Part shown: in pieces, positions 14,623 through 30,338 of the stretch
Layout of the letters: every line of letters starts with the position of its first letter
Position numbering within the stretch: the stretch's first letter is position 1
Assembly: GCF_009914755.1 (NCBI RefSeq)
Contig: NC_060932.1
Length of the DNA stretch: 64,000 bases
Strand: one strand, 5' to 3'
From: the human T2T-CHM13v2.0 reference genome, Homo sapiens
Program-made: the position numbers and the translations under genes
Notes under the pieces: generated by a model
What the model saw: only the letters and a program-made list of their open reading frames with translations
Database searches by the model: none
What the model was told of the DNA's origin: nothing

Positions 14623-15420
14623 AAAACATTTTTATTTTAAAAACTTTTTTATTTTACTTCTAATATGATCATCAAAGCACTATAAACATCCTCGTTTTTT
14701 AATTCTTAAAATTTCCCTTATCCTTAAATATCTCCTCAAGAACACCATCTCTACTGAGTCCAGCAATGTTACCAGGAATTTTTCATGGTCTTTGGTGCAT
14801 CATCTATGTCTGTCAGGGTCCACCACACTCTTCTCTGTTTACAGAAATCACATTATGCCCTGTGCACAGCAGGCTCTCAGGGAACACACTAAGTGTTCAA
14901 TGAGGTGAATGGGATGGAACAACTCAGCCGTTTCCACAGCCTGCTCAAGTGTTAAAGTGAGTGAGAGTGTATTTGGCAGAGGTACCGAGGAGTCTTTCAG
15001 GAAATGAGGTCCCATCTCGGGGTATTTTTTGCATGAGACAGCCTGTCATTCTGGAGCTTTAGTGACATAACTGGACATGTCTGGCCCAGTATCACACTGA
15101 CCTAATAATATAAGACCACAGGGTCTGCTCCATCATGGATTTGTTGAAGCCCTCCATGCCTTCATTTCCTTATCCTGGTGATGAGCCTAATACCCACCCC
15201 ACAGGTGTTGATGTAGTGAACGTGAAAGTTCTGGGAGCGGTTGTGAAAATAAATTCTCTATAAACCCTCAACTGAGTGGAATTTCTGCCCTTTTTAGGCC
15301 ACACATAAAATCACAGCTTTTCCAAGTTCCCGTTGATGAAGAAATAGGACTAAATAGGCATCCTGCAAAAAAAAAAAAAAAAAGAAGCTCTTTTTTCCCA
15401 AATTAAAATTGGGAGTTCAC

Positions 15421-15714
15421 TTTTTTTTTTTTTTTTTTTTTTTTTTTGAGACGAAGTCTCACTCTGTCACCAGGCTGGAGTGCAGTGATGCCATCTCTGC
15501 TCAGTGCAACTTCTGACTCCTTCATTCAAGTGATTCTCTTGCCTCAGCTGGGATTACAGGCGCCCACCATCACGCCCAGCTAATTTTTGTATTTTTAGTA
15601 GAGACGGGGTTTCACCATGTTGGCCAGGATGGTCTTGATCTCCTGACCTCGTGATCCACCTGCCTCGGCCTCCCAAGTGCTGGGATTACAGGCGTGAGAC
15701 ACTGCGCCCGGCCA
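15421..15714 (-). mobile_element. AluS/Sc-like element with T27 tail
   Basis: Alu consensus with a small internal deletion. Confidence 0.93.
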
Positions 15715-15950
15715 CATATTAATATTTTTATTTATGTTGATGACACATGCAAGCAATGCACCTCTTGGTCTCTTGGGATCTGGTTTGTTTCTATTGGCAT
15801 CTTCCAGCTAGACTTGATTTGCATCAGGTGAGCGCTCCCTCTAACAGCAGGCTTAGGTTATGCTGATTGGAAAGGAAACTCTGGAGACCTGTGTGGTTTA
15901 TGCATTTATTTGCCTGTGCATTAATACATTTAACAAACATTGTGCACTCA

Positions 15951-16140
<190 letters not shown>

Positions 16141-16440
16141 ATATATTTCTGTGTGTGTGTGTATATATATATATATATTATATATATATATATGTGTATA
16201 TATATAATATATATATACGTATATATATATTATATATATACGTATATATATTATATATATGTATATATATTATATATATATGTATATATATATATATTAT
16301 ATATATGTATATATATATTTCTGTGTGTACATATACATATATATATTTCTGTGTATATATATACATATATATTTCTGTGTATATATATTTCTGTGTATAT
16401 ATATATATTTCTGTGTGTGTATATATATATATATACACAC
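16141..16440. repeat. Compound (TA)n/(TG)n microsatellite, ~300 bp
   Basis: Read directly; recurring atatatttctgtgt units. Confidence 0.98.
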
Positions 16441-17057
16441 TAGTATAAGGGGGAAGTTATGATTTGGCTGTTATAGGCATAGAGGTGAGGGCATCTAACT
16501 TCATCTGGGGAATCACAGAAGACTTCCTGGAAGAGATGATGTTTGAGCTGAGCCTTAACAATTGAGTAGGGGTTTTCTGAATGAAAGCTACAGGAGGTGG
16601 AAGCTAAGGGGGAGGATATGGAGCAAAGAAAGGGATTTCCAGCTGTTTTCCAGAAAAAACAGCATCTGCCAGTGCAGGTGTGGTTACATTCTGGGAGTGG
16701 ACAGAGATGAAAAGGTCAGATTACAAAGGAACATACGTACTTTAAAAAAGGAATTTGAACTTCAAAGATGTTGGACTTTATGCAAAGGCTCAGCATTGTA
16801 AGGTTTGTGTTTTAGAAAGGGTTTTCAATGGCAATATGGCAAATGGATTTTTGGGGGATGTGGTGGGCAGTAGTATTGTCAGGGAGAAAGGTTAGGAGTC
16901 AAGTCCAGTTGTCTAAAAGGAAATCAGTGCTTGAACTAAAAACAGTGGTGTTGAGAACGGAGAAGGGATAGATTCAAGAGAAACGTAGGAGATAGAGTCT
17001 ACAGATCTATAGAATGTGAACTGTGGCATGAGATGAGGAGCATTAGAAGACGTGGAG

Positions 17058-17350
17058 GCCTGACATGGTGGCTCAAGCCTGTAATCCTAGCACTTGGGAG
17101 GCTGAGGCAGGAGGATCTTTTGAGACCAGGAGTTCGAGACCAGCCTGAACAACATAGCAAGACCCAGTCTCTACAAAAAATAAAAAAAATGAGGCTGGCA
17201 TGGTGGCTCACACCTCTGGTTCCAGCTACTCAGAAGGCTGAGGCAGGAGGATAGCTCATGAGGCTGCAGTGAGCTATGATCGCACCACTGCACATCACCT
17301 GGGCGACAGAGCAAGACCGCATGCCTAAAAAAAAAAAAAAAAAAAAAAAA
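17058..17350 (+). mobile_element. AluJ with long A tail
   Basis: Dimeric Alu. Confidence 0.92.
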
Positions 17351-17789
17351 TTAAGGATTACATTTTAGGATTCTAAATCCTAATTTTATGATTAAATTAC
17401 TTAATTCATGGTAATTCCTGAGACTTGGCAGTGTTTAAAAAAAAAAGAGTGGAATTCAGAGGGACTTCTAGGTTTCTGATTTTAGTGACCTAAGTGGTTG
17501 TCACATGCTGATGCTGCAGGGAGCATAGAAAATCATCCTGGGTGTTCGTTTGCTAATTTTCAGGTTGCCATGTAAATAAGGCACCACTGTCCATGGTGCA
17601 GACAGCTTGTTGACTTGTACAAGTCCTTTTAATCTAGGAATGCAGTTTTATACTTTTTACATGTATAAATGCATGTGTGCATGTGTATGTAAATTCGACA
17701 TATGTACTGATCTCCACTTGGCTAAGAGATCACCCATGTGTTTATGACTATCTCTTTGCTCTATTTTGAATGCCATGTTAATGCAGCAG

Positions 17790-18050
17790 TACAGTGCTGA
17801 GGTTACGTGCATGGGCTCTGGAGCCAGACTGCCTAGGCAGAAACCCTGTCTCCATCCCTCACTTGCAGAGTAACCTGGCGTGAGTAATATAACTATTTCC
17901 TCCCTGAGTCTCCTCCCCCTATAAAGCCATCATAACAATTATACCTGTCTCATAGGGAAGTTGTGAGGATTAAATCAGTTAATTCACGGTAATTCACTTA
18001 GAACATGGCCTGCCTGGTACATAGTAAGTGCTGTGTAACTGTTATCTCTT
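17790..18050 (+). mobile_element. MIR SINE (near full length)
   Basis: ggctctggagccagactgcct...gttgtgaggattaaat...ctggtacatagtaagtgct. Confidence 0.8.
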
Positions 18051-18694
18051 ATTATCACAGCAAGAATGTCTCCATTGGAAAAATCCTTCAAGTGTCCCTG
18101 ATCCTGCTTGAGTGGCATGTTTACCTGTTGCTGACCTGCAGAGCCCTAGCTCTAGGCCAGACTCTACCCTGGGGGTCTGCATGTATTACCTCCTTCAGTT
18201 GTCACCACAGAGCTCTCTGGTCCTGAGTAGGGCATCATGATCCCAGTGTTACCGGTAAAGACATAGAGATTGGAGATGCTAAGCAACTTGCCTGAATCAC
18301 ACCACTAGCAAGTAGAAGAACCAGGATCCAAACCCAGGACTGCCTTACTCTAATGTCCCTGGACATAATCTGGGCTGTTGCTAGGGCAGCCAGTGCAGCC
18401 AGCTATTTCCAGCAGGACACTGGTAGGAAGGGCCTCATTATTCCAACATCAAGAGCCACCTTGGTTCTCTGAGTTCAGGAGCCTACTCCAGCACCGCAAA
18501 TGGTGATGAAGTGCAACCTAAGTGGTGTCATTCACTAGTTAAAAAGAAATTGGGCTTTTTCTTTTTATCTCTCCAGCCATCCAGCCAAACACAATTAAGT
18601 TCCCCTACCTCCTTATTTTCTTTTAAGGATTTAGATCTGCTTATAGAAGCCTTGAAACAAAAGACCCAATTTAACAGGTAGCAAAACATTGTAA

Positions 18695-18983
<289 letters not shown>

Positions 18984-19842
18984 TCATTTTAAATGGTAGT
19001 TGCCTCAGCTGTGCTTAAGTAGCTTTTATGTGAGTCATAAAAGCTACTTGGAGAATATACTTTGAATACACATTACCTGTGTGCCCAGTTCATCCATTTC
19101 CACATCATTATCTTCATGTCTTGTTGGAACTTGGTAAATATCAGGTCTCATCTTTCATTTTGCCTCTCAATCAGGTTTCTGTACATGTTGCTGACAGTTC
19201 TGACCAGTGAGTTGCCATTTTTCATGAAGCTTTCTCTGATGCAAAAAGATCATAGATCCTTTGATACAAGTGTCAAATATTACCAGTCACATTGTCATTT
19301 CCAATTGCAAGCTGAGACAGTAAGGGGGAATTTAGGACTAAGTTATTGATGTGGGTTATTGCCAGGGTGCTGAAGTCTGAGAACTTTGTGCCATCCCAGG
19401 TCACTGTTTATTAGCTCAGTGCAGACTCATATTTCTTAGGAACTATTTCAGCCAAAAAAGTCTTCCACAAACAGCTTTCATGAGGTTGTGGAAATTGAAT
19501 TTCCTAAGCTTTGCATCTGCTGCTAAAAACAAATGCATTTTCCCACTCTCTGAGAAACACCACTCTTACCAGTCTCTCATGTTATACTCTCCTGGAGAAA
19601 GAAATCTGGCTTTCACCCAAGAGAGATAACCACTTTATCTCAGCTGGATATTTGAACATCTACACATTGAAAGCAGATAAAATATATAAACTGGGTCAAA
19701 CTAGCAACAATGCATTGCTTTTCTTAAGGATTCACTCTCAATATTCTTTATATTGAAACCACCATTGTACCTTTAAGATGATGTACAAAACCTAATTTAC
19801 ACAAAAGCTTTTCAAGAGCTTATATTTTGAGTCAAGCACTGT

Positions 19843-20220
19843 TGTATTAGTCTGTTTTCACACTGCTATAAAGAAACACCCGAGACTGGGTAATTTATCA
19901 AAGAAAGAGGTTTAATTGACTCACAGTTCCACATGGCTGAGGAGGCCTCAGGAAACTTACAATCATGGCAAAAGGCAAAAGGAAAGCAAGGATCTTCTTA
20001 CATGGCAGCAGGATAGAGAAGAGTGAGGAGTGAAGGGGGAAGAGCCCCTTATAAAACCAACAGATCTCGTGAGAACTCATTCACTATCATGAGAACAGCA
20101 TGGGGGAAACTGCCCCCATGATCCAATCACCTCCCACTAGGTCTCTCCCTAGACACGTGGGGATTATGAGGATAGCAATTCAAGATGAGATTTGGGTAGG
20201 GACACAACTAAACCATATCC
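19843..20220 (-). mobile_element. MSTA/THE1-type MaLR solo LTR
   Basis: tgtattagtctgttttcacactgctataaag...ccatatc. Confidence 0.9.
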
Positions 20221-20599
20221 ACAATTGTCAGTATTGTTTCGAAATCCTTGGTTAGCAGGGCTTGAGTACAAATCTCAAAAAAGGAAAAAGATAAACCCTA
20301 TATCAATCATTTTTAAATGTGGTCTTTTGGCACTATAGGCATTACAAGAAAATGAGAAATTTACCAAATTATCGGTTTGGGAGGAATTCATTCTTATGGA
20401 TGCAGGTGTGGTTCCCATATTTCATTTCTGTACACATTGATATATGGACGGTGCTGTCTCCTGAGTCTGAAGGTGAATTGGAGGCTTCATACAAATATTC
20501 ACCAAGTTGCAGACAAATGGAAAGAACAGAGGGAGGTGTGTCCCTTTGTCTTGTTTTCTTTTAAAGCTTCCATTTTCCTGGGTGCTTATTATGGGGTGA

Positions 20600-21020
20600 A
20601 TGATTTGCAAAGTGCTTTATAGATATTATCTCATTTCACCTTTGCATGAAACTTGTGAACTAAAACTAATTGTGTTCATCTTGCCCATGAGAAAACTCAG
20701 GCTCTAGGAGGTGAAATCATTTGTCCAGGGTCACACAGGAGTTTTTGATTCAAAACAGGCTTTTGCAGAGTCATAGCTAACACTCACTGGGCTCTTGCAG
20801 TGAACTCAGACGTGGTTCTAAATACTTTACCAGCATTAAATTCATTTAATCCTTACAACAGCTCTATGTGATAGGTTCTTACCTCCTTCTCATTCCACAG
20901 ATGAGGAAATGAAGGCATCAAGAGGTTAAATGACTTGCCTAAGGGCACAAGGTTAAAAAATGAGAGACATGGGATAAAAAACCTTGTTCCTCTGGCTCCG
21001 CAATGTTCTCTCCTAACCAT
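20600..21020 (-). mobile_element. Two MIR fragments
   Basis: cattccacagatgaggaaatgaaggcatcaagaggttaaatgacttgcctaagggcaca. Confidence 0.7.
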
Positions 21021-22464
21021 TGTGTCTAGAGGCTCTCTCTAAAATTCTGCCTCATGATTTTTCCACTTCCACTGCATTGTCTAATTCTCTTTCCTACTTC
21101 ATTTTTACTGTGACACTTCTCATAGCTGACATACTTTATACTTGCTTGATGATGTTTGTTTGTTTCTTTTTGTGTGTCTCCTCACACTAGATTGTAAGCT
21201 ACAAGAGGGCAGAGATCTGTCTTTCTTGTTTACTGATGTTTTCTTGGAATAGTTATACTTCCTGGCACATCTATGAACTATGGCACATTTATGATAAATG
21301 TAGGATGGCACCTGGAACATAGCAGGCAGTGAAAAGATCAATGGGAGAATGATGGAATCATGGGCATATCTGTAAGCTTATTAGAACTGACAGCTACTCA
21401 GGATCCATCCTGCTTGCAGTGGTGATTTTGAATCCAATTTAGTAGAATGGTAGGTATATAAAACAAATTGCTGTGGGTCAAAGAGCGGATGAGAAGTCAA
21501 GAAGTAATTCAGATGAAGGGAAGAAAGATATAGGATGTAGCTGGAAGAGGCGTCTGTGGTGGGGGAATATATCTATGGGTGAAAAGGTTTACAGCCTAAG
21601 AGGAAGGAGCAAGTGGAGAGGAAGATCTGAGTGGAGGTGACTGATGTCTTAGCAAAGAGAGCGAGGAATTGGCCTAAGAGCTGTAGTGGAAGGGCCAACC
21701 TTGCAACAAAGGAGAGCTGCTTTCTGAAACAGGGCAAAGGGAGGCAATGATTGACAATTATGAAGAGAGATCTGAAGGAAAGAAATTGAGAGAGCTCCTA
21801 TTGCATGCCCTTGCTCTTCCCAGGGTAATAGCAAGGTGAAGCCCTCTACAGATGATGGTGAGGAAAATTCTGCTTTAAAAAAATGTTGTCAGATAAAATG
21901 ATGGTTTGCTAGGACTGAAACAGGGAACAGGGGACTGAACTTCACCTCATTTAAGACATAAATTTCTTATAGGCAATAAGCAACAGTGACAGGAAATCAA
22001 GACCAGGCTGCAATTAATGTGAAATTGCTCTCTGTGAAACTGTTAGTAAAAGGAGATTGTGGATGATGAAGGGGCACTGGCTTAAGCTGTTTTCATGGAC
22101 TCCACTCGTGTAGAAACAGAGCAATTGCTTCATGTCTTAGTGTTCCCACAGGATCAACCAAAGATTCATGCCAGTGGACAAAACAGATAGCTTTCCTCCC
22201 AAAGTGATGTGGTCACTGGATTTCTCAGTCTGAGGGGACACCAGTGATTCCTGGTTACTGGTGGCAGTCATTTGCTCCACTTAGATCTCTGGCTACATTC
22301 GTCTAGTCAATGTGAGACCTGCTTCCAGCTTATTCCTTGAAACTTGCTTATGCCCCTTTCTTTCTCTTCCCAATATCCTCCAAGGCATGAATCTTCCCTC
22401 TTTTTTCCTTTAATGATAATTATTTTCATTCTCCAGAAATCCTCCTACTCAGGAACTCACTCTT

Positions 22465-22920
22465 CGTATTGGTTATCTGTTGCTGAGTAACAAAATTATC
22501 CCTAGACTCAGTGGTTTAAGACAACAAACATTTATTATCTGTGCTGTGTCAGGAGTTTGAGAGCAGGCTTGTTGGTGCCTCTGGCTCATGGGTACTCATA
22601 ATACTGCAATCAGGGTTTTGGCTTGAGCTACCATCTCCTCTGAAGACTCCAATGGGGAAAATCAAGTTCCAAGTTAGGCCTCGCCCATATGGAAGCTCAC
22701 AGCTTAGTAGCTGGCTTCCCTTAGAGTGAGCAAGTGAAGGCGAGCAAAATGAAAGTCAGGGTATTTTTGTAACCAAATCTCGGAAGTGACATCTCATCAC
22801 TTTTGCCATGTTCTACTCATTCGAAGCAAGTCCCAGTTCCAGCCCACGCTCAAGTGGAGGGAAATGTATGAATGTCAGGAGGGGAAAATCTTGAGGACCA
22901 CCTTGGAAACTGCCTACCGT
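22465..22920 (-). mobile_element. MLT1-type MaLR LTR
   Basis: tattggttatctgttgctgagtaacaaa...ggtttaagacaacaaacatttattatct; catcacttttgccatgttcta. Confidence 0.75.
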
Positions 22921-23519
22921 ATTCACATTCGTTGCTTCCCCCATCCTATGCTAGCAATTTATTTTCCTGAAAGTAGTGAGTAAAAGGAACCATGCCCAGA
23001 TACCTTCTTGAACCCAATTGCCATAGTCATTCTGTATAGATGGGATGGACTCTCCCCTCCCTTGTTCCCAAATTTGTTTGACATGCTGAAACTGATGCCA
23101 CTACACATGCACCAAGAGGATAATGAGCTGGCTCCCAAGTTGGTCCAAAAACAGCCTGAGAGAGCAAGGAAAGAAGACTGGCATAGGGTTTTATGTTGAT
23201 TAGGACCTGGGGCTCACAGGACGGTTTCTGTGTGGGGCCTGGGGCTTGTGTTCTTGCCTGTTAGAGCCAATGAAGATCATGTATAGGCTTTCTCATCAAC
23301 TTTTCCAGATGTGGGGCTAAAAGGGAAAGGGAAGTCATGGGGCCTGAAAGCTGTTAACAGTCAAACATCAAAAATGGAGTCAGACCCTACATTAAATTAT
23401 TGAACTTGAAATTTGATGGATAAAATCGGATGTTGAGATTCTGAAGTCTGACTCTGCAGTGGAAGCACATGGCTGAAAAGACTTCCACACCCTCAGGGAG
23501 AAGTGACTTTAAATAAATG

Positions 23520-23675
23520 TGGCTGATCTCACTTACATGTGGAATCTAAACAAACAAACTGAACCTAGAGAAGCAGAGAGTAGAATGTTGGTTACCAGGG
23601 GCTGGAGAGAGAGGGGGACTGGGGAGATATTGGTCAAGGAATAAGAAATTTCAGCTAGGAGGAATAAGTTCACCT
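23520..23675 (+). mobile_element. L1MA/MB 3'UTR fragment
   Basis: atctcacttacatgtggaatctaaa...agtagaatgttggttaccagggg. Confidence 0.7.
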
Positions 23676-24253
23676 GTTGGTGAACATTATGGGATTTGTT
23701 CCAATTTAGGGCCATTGTTAATTAACCTTCTATGTAAAAGTCTACATAGGACATATGATTTATTTTTCCATTGGGTAAATACTTAGGAGTGGAAAGACTT
23801 AGACATATGTCAAGTATCTATCTACCTTTTTAAGAAATTGCTAAACTGTTTTCTAAAATGTGGTTGTACCATTTTGCATTCCCATCAATGGTGAATAGAA
23901 TTTCCACTTGCTGCATATCTTTACCAACTATTAAATATGGTAAAACTTTGAATTTTAGCCATTTTACAAGTTACATGTTGTGGCATTTCATTGTAGTTTT
24001 AATTTGCCCTTCCCTAATGACTAATGTGGAACAATTTTTTTATGGCCATAATTTGCTCTCCACATCCTTTGTCTGGTGGATTTGAATTTGGTGTCTATTT
24101 GAACTTTTGTCCATTTTTATTTTCATTGGGTTGTTTGTCTTATTATTGAGTTGTATGTGTTCTTTATACATTCTAGATACAAGTCCATTGCTGTATATAT
24201 AAAGTATATTCTCCTAGTCTATGGTTTGCCTTTTCATTTTAACAGTGATTCTT

Positions 24254-24535
24254 TTTTTTTTTTTTTTTTTGTAATATCAACTTTTACTTTAGATTCAAGA
24301 GGTCCATGTTGAGGTTGGTTACATGGATATATTGTATGATGCTGAGGTGTGGGGTATGAATGATGCCCTCACTCAGACAGTGAGCACAGTGCCCAACAGG
24401 TAGTTTTTCAGCACTTGGCTCCTTCCCTTTCTCCCCTCCCTGTTAGTCCTCAGTGTCTATTGTTCCCATTTTCATGTCCATGCTTGCCCATGCTAGCTCC
24501 CACTTAGAAGTGAGAACATGCAGTATTTTATTTTC
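24254..24535 (-). mobile_element. 5'-truncated L1P 3' end (~280 bp) nested in the older L1
   Basis: Poly-T tail; TSD ttaacagtga(t/c)tctt at 24239-24253 and 24536-24550. Confidence 0.85.
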
Positions 24536-25039
24536 TTAACAGTGACTCTTGAAGAGCAAAAGTTTATGATATCAGTGAAGTCCAATTGTTGATATTTTTT
24601 CTTTTAGAGTTTATGCTTTTTGTATTCAAGGAATCTTTGCCAAACCCAAGGTCTTTATAACTTTCTCCTTTGTTTTCTTCTTGAGTTGTACAGTTTTAGC
24701 TTGTATACTTAGATCTACGATCCATTTTAAGTTAGTTTTTGTGTATGGTGTGAGGTAATAGTTAAGATTCATTTTTTCTACATGTATAGCCAATTACTCC
24801 AGCACCATTTATTAAAAAGAGTATTCTTTCCTCCACTGAACTGTTCTGGTACCTTTGTCAAAAATCAGTTGACCATTTATGTCTTGGTCTATTTCTGGAC
24901 TCACTATTCTATCGTCTTGATTTATTTATCTCTCCTGATGCCAAAAATGAAATTGCATTGACTATTATGACCTTATAATAAACCTTGAAACCAAATAGTA
25001 TAACTCCTTCAACTTTGGTATTCTTTTTCAAGTTGTTTA

Positions 25040-25395
25040 CAGGTTGAGCATTCCTAAAATGAAGATTCAATATTCAAAATGCTCCAAAAATCTGAAACTT
25101 TTTGAGCAACAACATGATGCCACATCAGTGACTGAATAGTGACACCTTTGCTTTCTAATGGTTCAATGCACACAAACTTTGCTTCATGCACAAAATTATT
25201 TAAAATATTGTATAAAATTACCTTCATGCTATGTGTATAAGGTATATGTGAAACATAAATGAATTTTGTGTTTAAGACTTGAGTGCCATCCCCACGATAT
25301 TCCATTCTGTTATGCAAATATCCCCAAATCTGAAAATATCCAAACTTCAAAACATTTCTGGACCCAAGCATTTTGAATAAGGGATACTCAACTTA
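25040..25395. mobile_element. Tigger4/Zombi-type TcMar MITE
   Basis: Terminal inverted repeats caggttgagcattcct and agggatactcaactta, with TA on both sides. Confidence 0.85.
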
Positions 25396-25460
25396 TACCT
25401 GGTTCTTTGCATTTCCATAGCTTGCTGGGCTTTTGACTGAGATTCCATTAAACCTATAGA

Positions 25461-25795
<335 letters not shown>

Positions 25796-26854
25796 TTAAC
25801 AGTGAGAAGTTCTTTGTCTTGCATCCTTGCCTAAAGCATTTAAAAATACATGTCCTAGAATTTTGTACTTAAATAGTCAATGTTGCCTCTGAATATAGCT
25901 GTAGGGTTTTTGTAGATGCCCTTTACTAGGCTGAGAAAGTTTGCTGATAATTTTGATCAGAAGTGGATTTTTTGTCAAATAAATACTTTTTATGCATCTA
26001 TTGAGACAATCATATGCTTTTTGGAATTTTAGTCTGTTAAAATGGTAAACGACATTGCTTAATTTTCAATATTTAAACAACCTTGAATTCCTGGGATAAA
26101 CCCCACTTGGTAACTGTGTATTATACCTTTTTATATTGTTGGATTCAATTTGCTAAAATTTTGTTGAGAATTTTTGCATCTATGTTTATGAGAGTTATTG
26201 GTGCGTAGTTTGCTTTTTTGTTAATGTTTCCTCTATGATTTTTCTCTTGCCGATTTCACTTTTTAAAATTTTATCTTTATTATTTCCTTTCCTATGCTTA
26301 CGTTGGGTTTAATTGGCTCGTCTCTTCCTAGTTTCTAAAAGTGATCAGACATATATGCTTCAGTACTATAAATGCTGTTCTATGTACTTCTTTAGCTGAA
26401 TTTCATAGATTTTAATAGTTTGTGTTTTTATTTTTACCAGTTTAAAACAATTTATAATTTTCCTTTTGATTTCTTCTTTGATCCTTGGATTATTTAAAGG
26501 TCTGTTATTTAGCTTTAGGAGTTTTCAGCACATCTTTTTGTTAATTTTTAATTTCATTTAATTGTGATTAGAGGATATATTTCGTTTGCTTTTAACCCTT
26601 TTAATTTTTTTGAATCTTGTTTTGTGGCCCAGTATATGGTCTGTCCTGTTAAATGTTTCATGTACATTTGTAAAGAAAGTGTATTCTGCTGTTGTTGGTA
26701 AGAGAGCTTTGTAAATGCCATTTAAGTCAAGCTGATTAATAGTCTTGTTCAGGTTGTTCATATCCTTACTGATTGTCTACTTTTTCTCACAATTTTTATA
26801 AAAGGGGCAATGAAATCTCCAACTCTAATTATAAATTTGCCTATTTCTTTTTGC

Positions 26855-27165
<311 letters not shown>

Positions 27166-27372
27166 GAATTTGCCTATTTCTTTTTGAGCTCTATCAGATT
27201 TACTTCTTATATTTTTAAGTTCTGTTATTAGGTGCATAAATATTTAGGATTTTATATCTTCTTGATGAATTGACCCCTTTATCATTATGAAATGATCGTG
27301 GTAATATCCCTGGTAATATTGTTTGCTCTTAAATCTACATTGTCTGCTACTAATATCGTCACTCCAGTTTTC

Positions 27373-27714
<342 letters not shown>

Positions 27715-28719
27715 TAATCTACTTGTATCTTTATAGTAAAAATGGACTTCTGTAGGTTGCAAGAAATTTGGCTTGCAGTGTTTCTTGTTGGAATTCTCTT
27801 GTTATTTTTATCTTGATTTCTTTCTGCATAGTCTGTCTTTATTCTTTGGCTGCTTGTAAGATTTTTTATCAGTCAATGATTTTTAACAGTTTACTATGAT
27901 GTACCTTAGTGTAGGATTCTTCATGTTTATTGTACTGGGGGCTTGTTAGCTTCTTTATAATTTTTTTGTCAAATTTGGGGAAATTTTGACCATTATTTTC
28001 TTAAATATTTTCCATCCCCCTCCACATTTTTCAGGGACTCTATTTATACAGTAGGCTGCCTGAATTTTCCCCAGAGCTCACCGTGCTGTGTTCAACTTTT
28101 AAAAATCTTTTTTCTCTGTGTGTTTCATTTTGGATAGTTTCTATAGCTATGTCTTCAAGTTCACTAATTTTTTTTGCAATGTATAATAGTCTGTTAATGC
28201 CATCTAGCACATTTTTAATTTCAATCATTGTATTTTTTTCATTTTCAGAAGTTTAATTTTGATCTTTTAAAAAAGATTTTACAGGATGGCTACCAAAGTA
28301 AATTAAAATTTAAAAAAAAAATATATATATATACACAAAGATTTTACTTGTCTTTAACTTGATTGAACTTAACATGTTCAATCTTTACCTTCTTCAACAT
28401 ATGGAATATAGTTATAATAACCGTTTTATTATCTTTGTCCACTAATTCTATAATCTATGTCATTTCTGGCACATTATGTATTGCATCTTCCTCCTTTTAG
28501 GCATGTCTAGGATTTTTGTGACTCACAGAACAAAACCTGTGAATTTAACCTTGTTGGATATTTTCATATTCCTATATTCTTGAGCTTCTTTTATGGGGTG
28601 TAGTTACATTCCTTAGAAACCATTTGCTTCTTTCAAGTCTTGCTTTTGAGCTTTGTTAGGCAGATGCAGAACAATCTTTAGCCTCAGACTAACTTTTCCC
28701 TACTACTGAGGCAATATCT

Positions 28720-28829
28720 TCTTTTTTCTTTTTTGGGACGGAGTCTTGCTCTATCGCCCAAGCTGGAGTGCAGTGGTGTGATCTCAGCTTACTGTAACCT
28801 CCACCTCTTGGGTTCGAGCAATTCTCCTG
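28720..28829 (-). mobile_element. Heavily 5'-truncated Alu
   Basis: TSD ctgaggcaata (28706-28716 and 28830-28840). Confidence 0.85.
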
Positions 28830-30020
28830 CTGAGGCAATAATCTTCTGAGGACTCTACCCAATCTCCCCTGATTACAAGATTCACCACTATGGATGATGG
28901 AATACAAATTCTTCCCATGTTCGTGTGATCTGTTGGTATTGACCCCCTGTTCTCTTTGTGTGATGCTTTCCCAAGGCTTGGGCAGCTTGCTCACATGCAT
29001 GCACTGATTAGTATTCAGCTGAAGACACAAGGTGGACCCTCTTCAAAAAGCTGAAGTTTTTTCTTTTTACGCTTCTCTTCTTGAAGGTGACCCTCTGAAT
29101 TCTAGTTGTCTTGACCTTGTTGGACTCCCAGCTTCATCCCCTCAACTCAGGAATACTGTCCAGCTCTATTTTGGTTTCTCCTTTCTTCACTGCAACCTGG
29201 AAGTTGTCTCTAGGTGGTAAGCTTGGGAAATCAGGGGGCTCATCTCTTTTCTTTCTCTTGGGCACTGCTGTCCTAAGCTACCTGATGATCAATGTCTGAA
29301 AACCACTGTATCATATGTTTTGTTTGTTTGTTAGCTTTGTATAGGAGGATAAACCCAATCCCTGTGCTCCATATTGACTGAAAGAAGGTATCTCTCAGAG
29401 ATGTTTTAAAATGTGTATTTCTCTATTATGTGTGAGATTAAGAACCCGGTATTATATTTAAGGGCTATTTTTATTTCTTTTGCCTTTCTTTATGTTCTTT
29501 GTTTTTCCCTTTTTGTCTCATTGAATTGTTGGTCATTTTCTTCTTCATTTCTAGAAGCTCATAATATATTATAGAGATTAGTTCCCTTTTTTTTGGGTAA
29601 ATTTTCCCGTCTCTAATTTGTGTTTTTACTTTGCTTATGTAATTTCTAATTTATGTACATTGTTTCCATTTTTATGTACTCAAATTTGCTAATATTTTCT
29701 TTTATTGAACTTGGGTTTTTGTAGCCAAGATTTTATATTTGACCTTTATTGAAATAGTACAGTATTACTCTAAGTAGATTGTGATATGTTAAAGATGCAT
29801 ATTGTCCTGTATGAGGTGTAATTCTTTGTTTGTTGAGAATATGTTTGATTTTTACCAATAGGCTAAAATTATTTGGAATAAAGTCTAGTGAATAAGGTGA
29901 GACAACAAATTGAGTAATGATAATTTTGAGTAAATCACGAAGTTTTTTTTATAGTTAAGAGACTGATTTTAATATCAAATGCATACATTTGTTCTGAAGT
30001 TGGTTCCAAAGTGGAATTTT

Positions 30021-30338
30021 ATTTTATTTTATTTATTTTATTTTTTTGAGACAGGATCTCCTTCTGTCGCCCAGGCTAGAGTGCAGTGGTGTGATCTTGG
30101 CTCACCACAGCCTCCGCCTCCCAGGTTCAAGTGGTTCTCGTGCCTCAGCCTCCTGAGTAGCTGGGATTACAGGCACCCACCACCACGTCTGGCTAATTTT
30201 TTTTTTTTTTTGTATTTTTAGTAGAGATGGGGTTTCACCATTGGCTAGGCTGGTCTCGAACTCCTGGCCTCAAGTCATCTGCGAGCCTTGGCCTCCCAAA
30301 GTGCTGGGATTATAGGCATGAGCCACTGCGCCCAGCCT
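30021..30338 (-). mobile_element. AluS
   Basis: TSD aaagtggaatttt. Confidence 0.94.

Noticed and set aside
23520-23720. Opposite-strand L1 pieces as a twin-priming inversion
   Set aside because: The pieces look like different subfamilies and I found no shared TSD.
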